From a virus (taxonomy: Duplodnaviria; Heunggongvirae; Uroviricota; Caudoviricetes): 64,000 nt of DNA. Positions 38,401 through 48,270 of the stretch are shown one piece after another. The notes under the pieces are model-generated. The model searched no databases. It saw only the letters and a list, made by a program, of their open reading frames with translations, and was not told where the DNA came from. Location: positions 19,172 through 83,171 of IMG/VR virus record IMGVR_UViG_3300045996_002451; one strand, 5' to 3'. A program made the translations under genes and the position numbers. Positions within the stretch are counted from its first letter, which is position 1, and each line of letters starts with the position of its first letter.

Positions 38401-38820
38401 CTACTCGTTGAAGTCGTTGTCCAGGCCGCCGTCATCGTAGTTGGCGCTGGTCTGGGCTTCCGGTCGTGCAGTTGCCGCCGCACGGTTGTCGCCCTGGCCG
38501 TCTTTCGGCTTGTCGATCAGCTTGATGTTGTCGGCCACGAACTCGACGGCACGGCGCTTGTTGCCTGCCTGGTCCTTGTACTCGCGGACCTGGACCTTGG
38601 ACTCGACCGAGACCATCCGGCCCTTGGAGCCGTAGTTCGCGATGTACTCGGCGGACGTGCGCCAGATCACGAAGTCCAGGAAGTCGGCCTCGTAGACCCC
38701 TTCCTTGTTCTTGTAATCGCGCGTGAAGGCGATCCGCACGTTCACGTAAGCGACCCCGCCCGACGTGTACTTCAGTTCCGGATCGTTCGCCAGTCGGCCT
38801 ACGCCACAATGCTTGTTCAT
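38401..38820 (-). CDS. ssb: single-stranded DNA-binding protein
   Basis: MNK..VGRLANDPELKYT...ADF...W...AE...SKGRMVSVE; acidic tail. Confidence 0.93.
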   Translation of the reverse strand: MNKHCGVGRLANDPELKYTSGGVAYVNVRIAFTRDYKNKEGVYEADFLDFVIWRTSAEYIANYGSKGRMVSVESKVQVREYKDQAGNKRRAVEFVADNIKLIDKPKDGQGDNRAAATARPEAQTSANYDDGGLDNDFNE

Positions 38821-38973
38821 GTCTCTATTCTCCGTCGTTAAAAAGAGCCGAAGCTCCCCGGTGTTTTGGGAATCTCTCCCCCACACCCCTACACGCAATC
38901 TTTCGGATCAGGTCAGCCTTACGCTTTCCAGCCCCTCAAGGCACCACGTGTAGGGGAAATCTTACGCCTAATG

Positions 38974-39597
38974 TTACCCTTTTTCAGCGTCGAAGTGACC
39001 TACCGACAGCAGCGTAGCCCCCTTCATATCGGTGTCCTGCGTCTGGGACTCCGGCGCGGTGACCCGCTTCAGGGACGCCCCGCGGAAGTGCATGCTGTAG
39101 CACTGGGAGAAGTAGAAGCAGACGTCCGCCAAGTTAGCGGCGTTGAACTTCGCGTAGCTGAGGTCGCAGCGGCGGAAGTGGCACTTGATCCAGAGGCTGA
39201 CCTCGCACCGGGTCCCGGTCAGGTCGCAGCCTTCGAACTCGCACTGCTCCCACTGGGTGCTGGACAGGTCGGTGGTGTAGAACTTGCACCCGAAGAAGAT
39301 GCACCGTTCGAACTTCACGCCCCGAAGATCCTGGTTGCTGAAGACCAGGCCGTAGAAGCTTTCGCCCCGCACGGTGCCTTGCTTGCGGAGGCGCGCCGCC
39401 AGGCGGTCCATCTTGCGGGCCGCAGCCCACTGGCGGTTCCACTCGCGGCGGCTCTGCCGCTCTTGCGGGGTGCCGCAGCAGAGCGTGTACAGCTGGCTGG
39501 GATGCAGCGCGTAGAACACGATCAGGCACAGCCAGTGCCAGGCGCCTTCCCAGAGGCTCGTCTCGTTGTGGTTGGTATTCAAAATAATAGCGCTCAT
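38974..39597 (-). CDS. pentapeptide-repeat protein
   Basis: F/L-x-x-C/A-x pentapeptide repeats after an N-terminal hydrophobic segment. Confidence 0.8.
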   Translation of the reverse strand: MSAIILNTNHNETSLWEGAWHWLCLIVFYALHPSQLYTLCCGTPQERQSRREWNRQWAAARKMDRLAARLRKQGTVRGESFYGLVFSNQDLRGVKFERCIFFGCKFYTTDLSSTQWEQCEFEGCDLTGTRCEVSLWIKCHFRRCDLSYAKFNAANLADVCFYFSQCYSMHFRGASLKRVTAPESQTQDTDMKGATLLSVGHFDAEKG

Positions 39598-39690
39598 GGA
39601 GATACTCCTGGAAAGGGAAAGAGAGAACCGAGGATGATGAGGCAAGCGGGCCCGACCGGGGCCAGACCCGCTTGCGTAGAGAGACACGGA

Positions 39691-40041
39691 CTAGCCGGGG
39701 AGCTGCGGGTTCGGGACGTGCACCACAGTGGCTTGCGGAGCCTGCTGCGGTTTGGCCTGAGCCTGACCGGCAAGTCCCTGGAAGAGGCCACCCACAAACG
39801 CGGTAGCGCCCGAGATCACCGAGTTGCCTACGGTACCGACCACTTTGCCTGCGGAGTCCAGGAACTCCCGACTCTGGGCCGGATCGAACCAGTTGATGCC
39901 TGGCTTGTTCTGGAGCGCCGCCATGAGCTGAGCGTTCTGCTGCGCGAGCATCTGCTGCTGGGCCAGGAGCTGCTGGATCTGCTCGTTGGTGAGCGCGGGA
40001 GCGGAAGCCTGGGCTACGGGAACCTGATTCGCGTCTTGCAT
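39691..40041 (-). CDS. Gln-rich hypothetical protein
   Basis: 116 aa, AAGGTG RBS. Confidence 0.6.
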   Translation of the reverse strand: MQDANQVPVAQASAPALTNEQIQQLLAQQQMLAQQNAQLMAALQNKPGINWFDPAQSREFLDSAGKVVGTVGNSVISGATAFVGGLFQGLAGQAQAKPQQAPQATVVHVPNPQLPG

Positions 40042-40135
40042 GGAACACCTTTCGTTACACGTGTAACCGTTTTACGCTAGAGACAGGGTTGCTGGGTAGA
40101 GGGCTAGCGCACCCCCTACCCAACCCTACACGCAG

Positions 40136-40744
40136 CTACTTGACTTTGATGCCGAGATTGCTCAGCACGCGCTCCTTCGGCACGTGGCACGCAATCATCT
40201 TCGAGGCCTTGAACGCCACCGGGCAGAGGTGCTCGGCGTTGCCATACTGACCGTGCTGGTTGCACTTCTCGCCCGCGGCCAGCGGGGTGCCACACGAGCA
40301 GCGCTCGAACGTCGGCAGCGCGCGGACTTGCGCCCACACATCGTTGCTCTCGATCTTCCGCTCGAACTGGCTGCGGGCGCTCTTCTTGGCCACGTGGCCA
40401 TCCGCCAGCACCTGGAGCACGTCCAGGATGAACATCGGTCCCGTCAGCTCATCGATCGAGGCGTCTTCCGGCAAGGTCATCCCGAGCGTGTGGGCCAGCT
40501 TGGTGACGCGGGCTAGCGCAATGATCCGCACCTGGTCGGATGCACTGCTGACCGGCACCTGCTCTACCGGAGCCGAAGGCTCCACGGTGGTGCTCACCGA
40601 CTCCAGGACCGCACCCGCGGCCTCGGCTGTCGCCACCGCTGCTTCATCCAGCTCATCGACAAACGGGTTCTCCAACTCCACGGGCGGCGGAACCATCTCG
40701 TCCGTCACGGCAACCTGCGGGTCGTTCTTCGTCTTCGTCTTCAT
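40136..40744 (-). CDS. hypothetical protein with a Cys/His cluster
   Basis: GAGGAG RBS; CSC...CNQH...HLC...CH. Confidence 0.65.
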   Translation of the reverse strand: MKTKTKNDPQVAVTDEMVPPPVELENPFVDELDEAAVATAEAAGAVLESVSTTVEPSAPVEQVPVSSASDQVRIIALARVTKLAHTLGMTLPEDASIDELTGPMFILDVLQVLADGHVAKKSARSQFERKIESNDVWAQVRALPTFERCSCGTPLAAGEKCNQHGQYGNAEHLCPVAFKASKMIACHVPKERVLSNLGIKVK

Positions 40745-40910
40745 GTCAAGCTCCTCTTAGTACGCAAGTCAACTGGGACCCATGTCCCCACACCCCTGCA
40801 CGCAATCTCTCGAGCCGGTACCCGTAGACGTGGAGCGGACCAGGCTGAACGGGATGAACGCTCAGCCGGGCACACTCCACGCCCCAGGTCGGGTGGGGTG
40901 CCGAAGGCAC

Positions 40911-41147
40911 CTAGCTCTTCAAGGTCCAGGTTTTGGGATCACGAGGCACAATGAGCCCCTCTTGCTTGAGACGCTGCACAATCTCGTTAGCAGGCCGACC
41001 TAGCCGGTTAGTGCCACTTTGGGTGTACAGCTCCCAACTCTCGAGGTAAGGCCCTTCCGGGGCATCGTAGCGCAGTACAGCGCCACCCTTGAGAAGGCGC
41101 ACGACCGCGTCGTACGGGATGTTGCTCTTGCTAGCTCTCTTAGTCAT
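40911..41147 (-). CDS. hypothetical protein
   Basis: Likely start MTKRA after AAGGAG. Confidence 0.55.
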   Translation of the reverse strand: MTKRASKSNIPYDAVVRLLKGGAVLRYDAPEGPYLESWELYTQSGTNRLGRPANEIVQRLKQEGLIVPRDPKTWTLKS

Positions 41148-41157
41148 CTGTATCTCC

Positions 41158-41649
41158 TTAGCGTGCGTACAGTTCGTCGTACGCAATGTTGCGGTTGTCG
41201 TCGCGCTGGGTCTGCTCACCCTTACCATCACAGCGGAAACACTTGTCGGTGCGGCCATCCCGGAACTTGAACAGTCCGGTGCCTGCACACTTCCAGCAGA
41301 CAACCCGGGCATCTTTGTCCAGCTTGGACCATTCGATCGGTTCCGGATCAGCAGGCTTCCAGTCATCGGCGGGGCGATGGTCAAACTCAATCTCCAGCGT
41401 CCAACCGGTGTCTGGCGGCAGCGTGCTCGCCGGATCTTTCTTGATATGCAAGGAGATCAGGTGTGCGTAGTACGTGGCCTTTCCACCCCGAGCGTTAATC
41501 GCGGCCTCTTTCTTCTGCAGCCACGCACTGGCCGCTTCAGCACTCTCGAACGTGCGTGTGTACATGGGCTTGTAATCCTGCAACCAGCACGGGTAGCCCA
41601 TCCCGTGATCCTTGTAGGTCGTACGGAAGCACTCAACAATGACACTCAT
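41158..41649 (-). CDS. protein with a DnaJ-type zinc finger
   Basis: CWKCAGTG and CFRCDGKG (CxxCxGxG). Confidence 0.65.
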   Translation of the reverse strand: MSVIVECFRTTYKDHGMGYPCWLQDYKPMYTRTFESAEAASAWLQKKEAAINARGGKATYYAHLISLHIKKDPASTLPPDTGWTLEIEFDHRPADDWKPADPEPIEWSKLDKDARVVCWKCAGTGLFKFRDGRTDKCFRCDGKGEQTQRDDNRNIAYDELYAR

Positions 41650-41669
41650 CTCTAGTTCCTCCTGTCTTC

Positions 41670-43493
41670 TTAGCGCATCGCGTAGGCCGACCACCGCGCA
41701 CGGTGAGCCTGGCGTCGTTCTTTCCAACCACTCTTGCTGCTCTCGAACACCTCAGGCACCGCGACCGGCTCACCGGCCACGACCGGAACCTCAAGCTTCA
41801 CTACTTGCGTCCGGCAGCAGTCACACACTCCACAACCCAGGATGGAGCGATCGAACAGCAACTGACCGTTCGTGCTGTCCTGGATCTCGAAGTAATCAGA
41901 GATCACCTGCTGTCGGCATCCCTGAGCCTGCACGTAGGTACGCAGACCCTGGATGCGACGGCGCTCAGCCAGCGAGAGCTGGAGCGTGAGGGTCTTGACT
42001 ACCTGCTTCACCTCCACCACTTCCGTGAGCTTGATGTGCAGACCGATCGGACCCGGCACCGCCTTGAGCGCGCCTTTGTTCTGCGCGATCTCCATCGCCC
42101 GCTGCAGTTGCACAGTGGGCTTCTTGAGCTGGCTGCAGAGCATCATCGTCGAGAGGTGATACTCCTTACCCACCACCAACGTGTTGAGGGAGGCCACCGG
42201 TCGTTGCAGCGTCAGGCTGTAACCGATCGGCAGGTCATAACCGCGGGTGATTGCTCCCACCTTTTCCAGGTGAGACAGCATCACGCGCACCTGAGTCTCA
42301 TCACCCCCGGTCTGGGCAATCAGCTCGGCCATGGAGAGCACCCCCTCACGGCGCTTACCCAGCTTGACCACCAGCGTTTCGTACAGCTTGGCAATCTGCG
42401 CGGACGACACCTTACCGTGATCTGCCCGTAGCTCCATCGAGAGCAGGTCAGACTGGGAAAGGAGAAGGACACACTTGCTCGGTAAGCCATCCCGTCCAGC
42501 ACGGCCTGCTTCCTGGGTGTACGCTTCCAGGCTGCGGCTCGGGGACCAATGGGCGACCAGACGTACGTTCGGCTTATCCACACCCATCCCAAACGCGATG
42601 GTGGCGATGATGACCTTCAGCTCATCCTTGATGAACGCATCCTGGGTAGCCGCACGCTCTTCCTTACCCATACCGGCGTGGTAATGGGCCGCGTTGACTC
42701 CCAGCTCCTGGAGCCGTGTGGCCAGCGTCTCACATGCCTGGCGCGTATCGGCGTAGATGATCGAGGCACCACCCTTGGCTTCTTCGAGCAGTTCCAGGAT
42801 GCGCACCATCTTCAGCTCATCGTGATTCACCACCTCGACGCTGTAGCGCAGATTACCGCGGCGTACCCCGTGGTTGATGGTGTGCCACTCTCCACCAAAG
42901 CAGGAGGTGATGGCTTCCTGCGTACCCGGCGTAGCGGTAGCCGTCAGGGCGAGTACACGGGTAACACCCAGCTCGCGGGCCACCTCACCCAGGAACAGGT
43001 AATCCGGACGGAACTCGCTACCCCACAGGGAGAGGCAGTGTGCTTCATCCACAACCAGGAAGTCCACCTTAGCCTGCTTGAGGGTGTTGATGAACTTGGC
43101 CTGGCGCAACCGCTCCGGCGCCACGTACAGCACGTCGACCTGCTTCAGGTCATCGAAGCCTTCTTCGCCGTCCTGCATGTTGAAGCGGGAGATCACCTCC
43201 TTGATCTCCTCCGCGCTCATCTGCGAGTTGACGCACGCTACCCGGTCACGCAGGGTGGTCGGGATGCCTTCGACCTGATCCTTCTGCAAGGCGATCAGGG
43301 GCGAGATCACGATGGTCTTCCAACCCTGAGCCAGGGCAGGCACCTGATAGATGCGGCTCTTACCACCACCCGTGGCAAGCAGTACGAGCGTGCGGCTGTT
43401 CTCTTCCAGCACCTTACCAATGGCTTCAGCCTGAGCCGGGCGGAAACTGTCTGCGCCCCAATGGGCCTTGTGAAACGCGTTAACGGTATTCAT
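41670..43493 (-). CDS. recQ: RecQ-family helicase
   Basis: FRPAQ, ATGGGKS, VDEAHCLSLWGSEFRPDY, LTATAT, YHAGM, ATIAFGMGVDKPNVR, YTQEAGRAGRDG, CRQ...CGVCDCC. Confidence 0.95.
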   Translation of the reverse strand: MNTVNAFHKAHWGADSFRPAQAEAIGKVLEENSRTLVLLATGGGKSRIYQVPALAQGWKTIVISPLIALQKDQVEGIPTTLRDRVACVNSQMSAEEIKEVISRFNMQDGEEGFDDLKQVDVLYVAPERLRQAKFINTLKQAKVDFLVVDEAHCLSLWGSEFRPDYLFLGEVARELGVTRVLALTATATPGTQEAITSCFGGEWHTINHGVRRGNLRYSVEVVNHDELKMVRILELLEEAKGGASIIYADTRQACETLATRLQELGVNAAHYHAGMGKEERAATQDAFIKDELKVIIATIAFGMGVDKPNVRLVAHWSPSRSLEAYTQEAGRAGRDGLPSKCVLLLSQSDLLSMELRADHGKVSSAQIAKLYETLVVKLGKRREGVLSMAELIAQTGGDETQVRVMLSHLEKVGAITRGYDLPIGYSLTLQRPVASLNTLVVGKEYHLSTMMLCSQLKKPTVQLQRAMEIAQNKGALKAVPGPIGLHIKLTEVVEVKQVVKTLTLQLSLAERRRIQGLRTYVQAQGCRQQVISDYFEIQDSTNGQLLFDRSILGCGVCDCCRTQVVKLEVPVVAGEPVAVPEVFESSKSGWKERRQAHRARWSAYAMR

Positions 43494-43629
43494 TACAGGA
43501 CTCCCTTCACGAGGTTGATCAGGAACAGCGCAGTGTTCCAAAGCTGTTGCACCAACATCACCACCAACACGTAGCCGATACACCGGCCCACGATCTGTGC
43601 CCACTGGGGCAGCTCCTCTTCGGTCTTCT

Positions 43630-43866
43630 TCATTGCGCCTCGTTCATTACGTCGTAATGGAGCGTGTGTTCGACGCCCGTGCTAGTGATGGCGGTAACCC
43701 CCTGGCGATGCAGGAGTACGCCGCCCCCATTGCGGAGGATACGGGTTACGATGTTCACGATGTACTGACGCACTTCAGTCTCATCTCCGAACCAGTCTGC
43801 GTCATTCAGCTCAGGCAGTTCACCTGCAGCCTGAACGTGCCATTGATAGCCGTAAAGAGTTTGCAC
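43630..43866 (-). CDS. hypothetical protein
   Basis: 78 aa, AGGAG RBS. Confidence 0.5.
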   Translation of the reverse strand: MQTLYGYQWHVQAAGELPELNDADWFGDETEVRQYIVNIVTRILRNGGGVLLHRQGVTAITSTGVEHTLHYDVMNEAQ

Positions 43867-43942
43867 TTCTGTCTCCTAAACAAGCGTGAGGGCCAGGGTG
43901 TTACCCCTGACCCCCAGCACACGTGGTGTCTAAGCCTCGTGT

Positions 43943-46900
43943 TTAGTCCAGCGCTTTGAGCTGCGTCATCACCGCTGCGAGTCCCATTCCGATCTCTTCC
44001 AGTTCGGCAGAGACCTCGGAGAACTCACGGCTGCTGACGTCCGGCCAGATCCCTGCGAACAGGGCTGCGTGCAGCTCTACCTTGACCTGAGCGTCGACGT
44101 TGCTCGTGATCTCCACCGTCTGGCTCGGACGGTAGCACGGCATCGGAACCACCACTGCTCGTCCCAGTTCGTGGCGATCCACGTCCGGGTTGAGGCAGCG
44201 TCCGATGTTGCGCGTATCGCCCGGGGTGTAGATCCCCTCTTCGTAGAGGTTGGCCCAGGTTACGTCGCGTACGCAGTCCTGATCCAAGCCCTTGGCGACG
44301 AGCTTGGCGCGGATGTGCGTGACGTACTGTTCAGCGGTAGCCGTGGTGTCCTTGATGGACTTGATGCCCGCTTCAGCAGCCATCCCACTACCTACCGCAC
44401 CCAGGGCTTCCTTTCCAGCCTTGACCGCCGTATCCTTAGGGAACACGACGTCGACCGGTTGCTGGTTGCCCTTCTCATCCGTGTACCAGAACTGGATCGG
44501 GATGATGTTCAGCGTCCCTTTGAAGGGGCTGAGGAACTTCACCTTACCAGCGTCCAGTCGCGGCCAGGTGACCGTGACTCGGTACTTGGGCACCATCAGA
44601 CCCGGATGCTTCTCGATTGGGCGCTCTTCGATGACGAACACCCCCGGGAAGTCCACCGGTACTCCGTGGTGGATCAAGGTCTCGCGGTAGCTTTCCACAC
44701 GCTCCATCGTGGCCAGGTCCTCATGGGTTTGGATGAGGGCTAGCTTCAGCAGCGCGCTCGGGCAAGCCGCGATCGTATCCAGACACGCGCCATTGTAGAT
44801 GGTCACGTTCTCGATGTTGGCCACCATGGTGTTGACGACGGTCTCGTGGTTAGCCAGAGACTGGGCTCGACCGGCGCCAGTTACGTGGAGCGGGCTCGAG
44901 GTCGGTTCCACCAGGTGCTCTACCCACGCCACGTTCTTGCGGACGTGGAGGGGCAGTTGTGCCAGCAGAGCGGACAGGTTCTCGCGATTGATCTCGCAAT
45001 CGAGAGGTACGTTGCCCTTGACCGCACGCCAGATGCTCTCGAAGCACTTGGACAGTGTGGCCAGCTCTACTGCGTCCGAGTAGTCGTACTCTGCCCAACG
45101 CTTGGGAGAAGCAGCGTCGAGCGTGATTAACGGATGGTACTCCTTTACGTACTTGGGCTGACCGGTCGCATCCACGAAGGCGAACTGCTGACCAGGCTTG
45201 CTCTTGTTGGTGTAGCCCACACCCACACCGATGCACTCCAACTTGGAGGCCCAGCGTAGGCACTGGCTCAGGCGGCTCAGGCGCACGTCAAGCGGCACCT
45301 TACGGCCTGCGTAGTCTTCCGGGTCCACGATCACCCCACGGTTGAGGTGTACGTGGGTGTAGCCAGGGGTAGCTACCGGGAGCTTGACCAACTCCTGGAT
45401 GATCTCGTAGTTCAGCTTGTCGCTGATCTCTTGGTCCGGAGTCTGACCGTGCTGCAGGCTCTCCACAGTCGAGACCGTGGTGAGAGCGGTGCAAACGATC
45501 TCCTGGTACCATTCCTGGAAGCTCATCCAGCGAGGACCACCGGAGAAGCGTGGGTTGCTACCTTTCTTGTTGTCAGTGCACTTCGGATCCCAGACGATGC
45601 GGGGATGCCAGAAGAACTTGCGATTACCGACCGTGAGCACCACGTGACGGCGCTCCTGGTCCTGAGAGAACGGACCCACGAACTCTACCTTCGGCAGGTC
45701 CAGTCGTACTTTGCGTACCTGCGCGTAGGTGCCCCAGACCTGGTGGAGCTTGGCCGAGAAGACCACCCGGGGATCCTCTGCGGTGCCCACGTTGCTGATC
45801 GTGACCTCGGAGAAGACTGGGAACTCCTGGTACGTCCCATCTTCCATCTTCTTGGAGAAGACGATTCCGGTGTACCGACCCACGAGCATCTCAGCCTTTG
45901 CCCAGTCGTACTGTTCTCGCCAGGCTTTCGGCCCAGCGATGCGGAACGACTTCGGCAGATCACGGAAGGGCTTGAGGTCATCCTCGTACTCCTTCGGCTC
46001 TTCCTCTTCCAACTCTTCGAGCCAGAACGGTTTGATCCCGTAGCAGTCGAAGAGCAGGTCCTGGCAGAAGTTCTCAGGCTGACCACCGACCGCGGTGTAA
46101 CGATTCCAGATGGCCATAAACCGGGTAGCTTGCGCATCCGGGCTACGACCAGCGGAGATCATCATCCCAGCCAGCGTCTTCTGCATCGGCTTCAGGGAGA
46201 GCATCCCATCCTTATCCGAGCACGCCTGCATGATGGCTTCGAGCAAGCGCAACGGTTCAGGCTTCAGGAACTGGGAGAAGGTCTTGACGAACTTCCCTGC
46301 AGGCAAGCCACCTTTCAGTAGCTCACCAATAGCGCAGCTCATCGACATCAGGGCCAACAGACCGCAACCGGCCTTCTTCCCTGCATCCATCTCCTCTTCC
46401 AGAACTTCCTGGAAGCACACGCCCACCGTCTCTTGTGCAGCACGCAGGAGTCGGTAAGCCTGTGCATCGAAGTCCGGGAACGTCTCGGTTAGCTCATTCG
46501 GGAGCGGGTTGGTCATCGCAGCGTGCGCCGCAGCCGGGAGTGCAAATCCCGGGGTCACGCCACCCTGTTCCCACCACTGAATCGCGAGCATCCGAGCCAG
46601 GCAGTAGTTCAGCGAGTAGGTGCTGATCCCTACCAGGTACTTCGCCATCATCCCTTCGACACTGTTGAGGGTGTCGTCGAGCAGCTTGGTACCAGAGCGC
46701 TGAGCCGTCCACATCCCCACGAGCTTGTCGATGAAGGGTGAACCATCCAGCAGCACGGGAGCCGGGAACTTACCTGCTACTGAGACCTTGAGGATCTTCG
46801 GAGCACGGCCACCTACTGGCACGGCAAAGAAGACCACACCACCATCCCCGTCCTCATCCCCTAGGGCCTTGTCGGACAGGTCCACGTGGTTGAGGTAGAT

Positions 46901-47533
46901 TTTACCAGCCTCGCGATCATTGAGGATCACGATGGACTTGGGCAGACAACCGCCACGACCACCCACCGGGTAGCGCATGCGGTAGACTTCGACGAACGTG
47001 CCGTCTTCCAGCGTGTCGATCATCTTCGCGTACTGCTTGCGAAGGCGCTTCGGCAGCGTGAGGAAGTCCGCCTCGTTCAGACCCACCTGATGGGCCTTGA
47101 CCCGAGGATCAGTCTGGAGCTGCCCGTAGATGCCAATGACCTTGAAGCGTCGAAGCCAGGCTGCCCAGCGCTTAGCCGCGAGCTTGCACATCGCGAGAGC
47201 CACTTCCGTCAGCAGCCGCTTCTTGTTGTAGGTCTTGCGGGCTTCGGCGAACTGCAGCTTGGTGATCGCGCTCTCCAGCTCGATGACCGTGACGGGTGTT
47301 CCGTTGTACGTAGCCTGCATCGTCTTGTACATCCCAGCCGGAATGTAGAAGGTGCAGTTGTGCATCTCCTTGAAGCCACCACCAGAGACCGCCATCGCGA
47401 GGACGGACTCGGGCTCTTGCTCCAGCTTGCTCAGTAGCTCATCCTCGGTGTGCTCACCTGGGAAGACCCAAGCGTTGCCACCCAGGCAGAAGCGTGTTAA
47501 GGTTTCAGTGTTCATAGTGTAGGACCAACTCAT
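43943..47533 (-). CDS. single-chain two-barrel RNA polymerase candidate (beta'-like barrel first, beta-like barrel second)
   Basis: RMRYPV...GKIYLN...LGDEDGD at aa ~226 (46844-46858); AGKVKFLSPFKGTLNIIP...TDEKGNQQPVDVVFP at aa ~1000. Confidence 0.75.
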   Translation of the reverse strand: MSWSYTMNTETLTRFCLGGNAWVFPGEHTEDELLSKLEQEPESVLAMAVSGGGFKEMHNCTFYIPAGMYKTMQATYNGTPVTVIELESAITKLQFAEARKTYNKKRLLTEVALAMCKLAAKRWAAWLRRFKVIGIYGQLQTDPRVKAHQVGLNEADFLTLPKRLRKQYAKMIDTLEDGTFVEVYRMRYPVGGRGGCLPKSIVILNDREAGKIYLNHVDLSDKALGDEDGDGGVVFFAVPVGGRAPKILKVSVAGKFPAPVLLDGSPFIDKLVGMWTAQRSGTKLLDDTLNSVEGMMAKYLVGISTYSLNYCLARMLAIQWWEQGGVTPGFALPAAAHAAMTNPLPNELTETFPDFDAQAYRLLRAAQETVGVCFQEVLEEEMDAGKKAGCGLLALMSMSCAIGELLKGGLPAGKFVKTFSQFLKPEPLRLLEAIMQACSDKDGMLSLKPMQKTLAGMMISAGRSPDAQATRFMAIWNRYTAVGGQPENFCQDLLFDCYGIKPFWLEELEEEEPKEYEDDLKPFRDLPKSFRIAGPKAWREQYDWAKAEMLVGRYTGIVFSKKMEDGTYQEFPVFSEVTISNVGTAEDPRVVFSAKLHQVWGTYAQVRKVRLDLPKVEFVGPFSQDQERRHVVLTVGNRKFFWHPRIVWDPKCTDNKKGSNPRFSGGPRWMSFQEWYQEIVCTALTTVSTVESLQHGQTPDQEISDKLNYEIIQELVKLPVATPGYTHVHLNRGVIVDPEDYAGRKVPLDVRLSRLSQCLRWASKLECIGVGVGYTNKSKPGQQFAFVDATGQPKYVKEYHPLITLDAASPKRWAEYDYSDAVELATLSKCFESIWRAVKGNVPLDCEINRENLSALLAQLPLHVRKNVAWVEHLVEPTSSPLHVTGAGRAQSLANHETVVNTMVANIENVTIYNGACLDTIAACPSALLKLALIQTHEDLATMERVESYRETLIHHGVPVDFPGVFVIEERPIEKHPGLMVPKYRVTVTWPRLDAGKVKFLSPFKGTLNIIPIQFWYTDEKGNQQPVDVVFPKDTAVKAGKEALGAVGSGMAAEAGIKSIKDTTATAEQYVTHIRAKLVAKGLDQDCVRDVTWANLYEEGIYTPGDTRNIGRCLNPDVDRHELGRAVVVPMPCYRPSQTVEITSNVDAQVKVELHAALFAGIWPDVSSREFSEVSAELEEIGMGLAAVMTQLKALD

Positions 47534-47579
47534 GGACTAGGGGCTTAGGGAGCGGCAACTCTCTAAGCCCTGCTTACTC

Positions 47580-47987
47580 TTAGGCGCTGACGTAAACCAT
47601 TCGGGATCCAGCCTGCTGGAAACCCATCTTGGTGAAAAGATTGACGCGGTGCTGCTGCATCCCATCCTCATCGTAAGGGAAACAGTCCAGCTTCCATTCC
47701 GGGTGACGCTGCACCCAGAGCTTCCATTCTCGAAGCGCTTTCTTCAGCTCACCGAGGCAGGGGAAAAGGTTCTGACCGTTGTACTCCTGGGTGCCTTTTA
47801 CCGACAGGATGACGGTCCAGGTACGACCATCCTCACTCACTGCTTCCAACCACACCGTCTCGCCGTAGTAGATCGGCTCACACAACCCGTCACTGTCATC
47901 CCAGAAGGTATCTGGGGCTTCATCCTGGATCTGGGGAGTCAAACGGTTCAACATCTCGTTGATGTCGTAGTTGAAGTTGTTGCTCAT
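47580..47987 (-). CDS. hypothetical protein
   Basis: Likely start MSNNF. Confidence 0.55.
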   Translation of the reverse strand: MSNNFNYDINEMLNRLTPQIQDEAPDTFWDDSDGLCEPIYYGETVWLEAVSEDGRTWTVILSVKGTQEYNGQNLFPCLGELKKALREWKLWVQRHPEWKLDCFPYDEDGMQQHRVNLFTKMGFQQAGSRMVYVSA

Positions 47988-48022
47988 TGGACCTTTCCTT
48001 GTGTGGAGATGTAGTGACTGCG

Positions 48023-48232
48023 TTACGGGAGGCGCCATTCGCCCAGCATCGGGTGACCGTCGGTGTCGGTGTGCGGCGTCGGGGTGTACGGGCTCAAGGT
48101 CTCGGACGGCTGTTCGTCAATGGGATCGAACGTTGTGGGATAGGTCGACGCGTAGGGATCTTCGTAGGGATCCACGTACGGGGTGTAGTGGGTAGGGGTG
48201 TCGAACAGTTCAGCGATAAAGAAGTCGAACAT
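48023..48232 (-). CDS. small Pro/Thr/Tyr/Asp-rich protein
   Basis: 69 aa with DPY repeats. Confidence 0.5.
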   Translation of the reverse strand: MFDFFIAELFDTPTHYTPYVDPYEDPYASTYPTTFDPIDEQPSETLSPYTPTPHTDTDGHPMLGEWRLP

Positions 48233-48270
48233 TGAAGTTACCTTTCTGGGTGTAGGACGTAGTAGGTAGC

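Larger units (their letters stand above)
8875..40808 (-). promoter_or_regulatory. dispersed strand-specific motif AGATTGCGTGTAGGGGTG (8 copies), candidate phage promoter
   Basis: Plus-strand CCCCTACACGCAATCT-like copies end at 8895, 9525, 23828, 29801, 36889, 38901, 40137, 40808; all at gene gaps. Confidence 0.7.
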
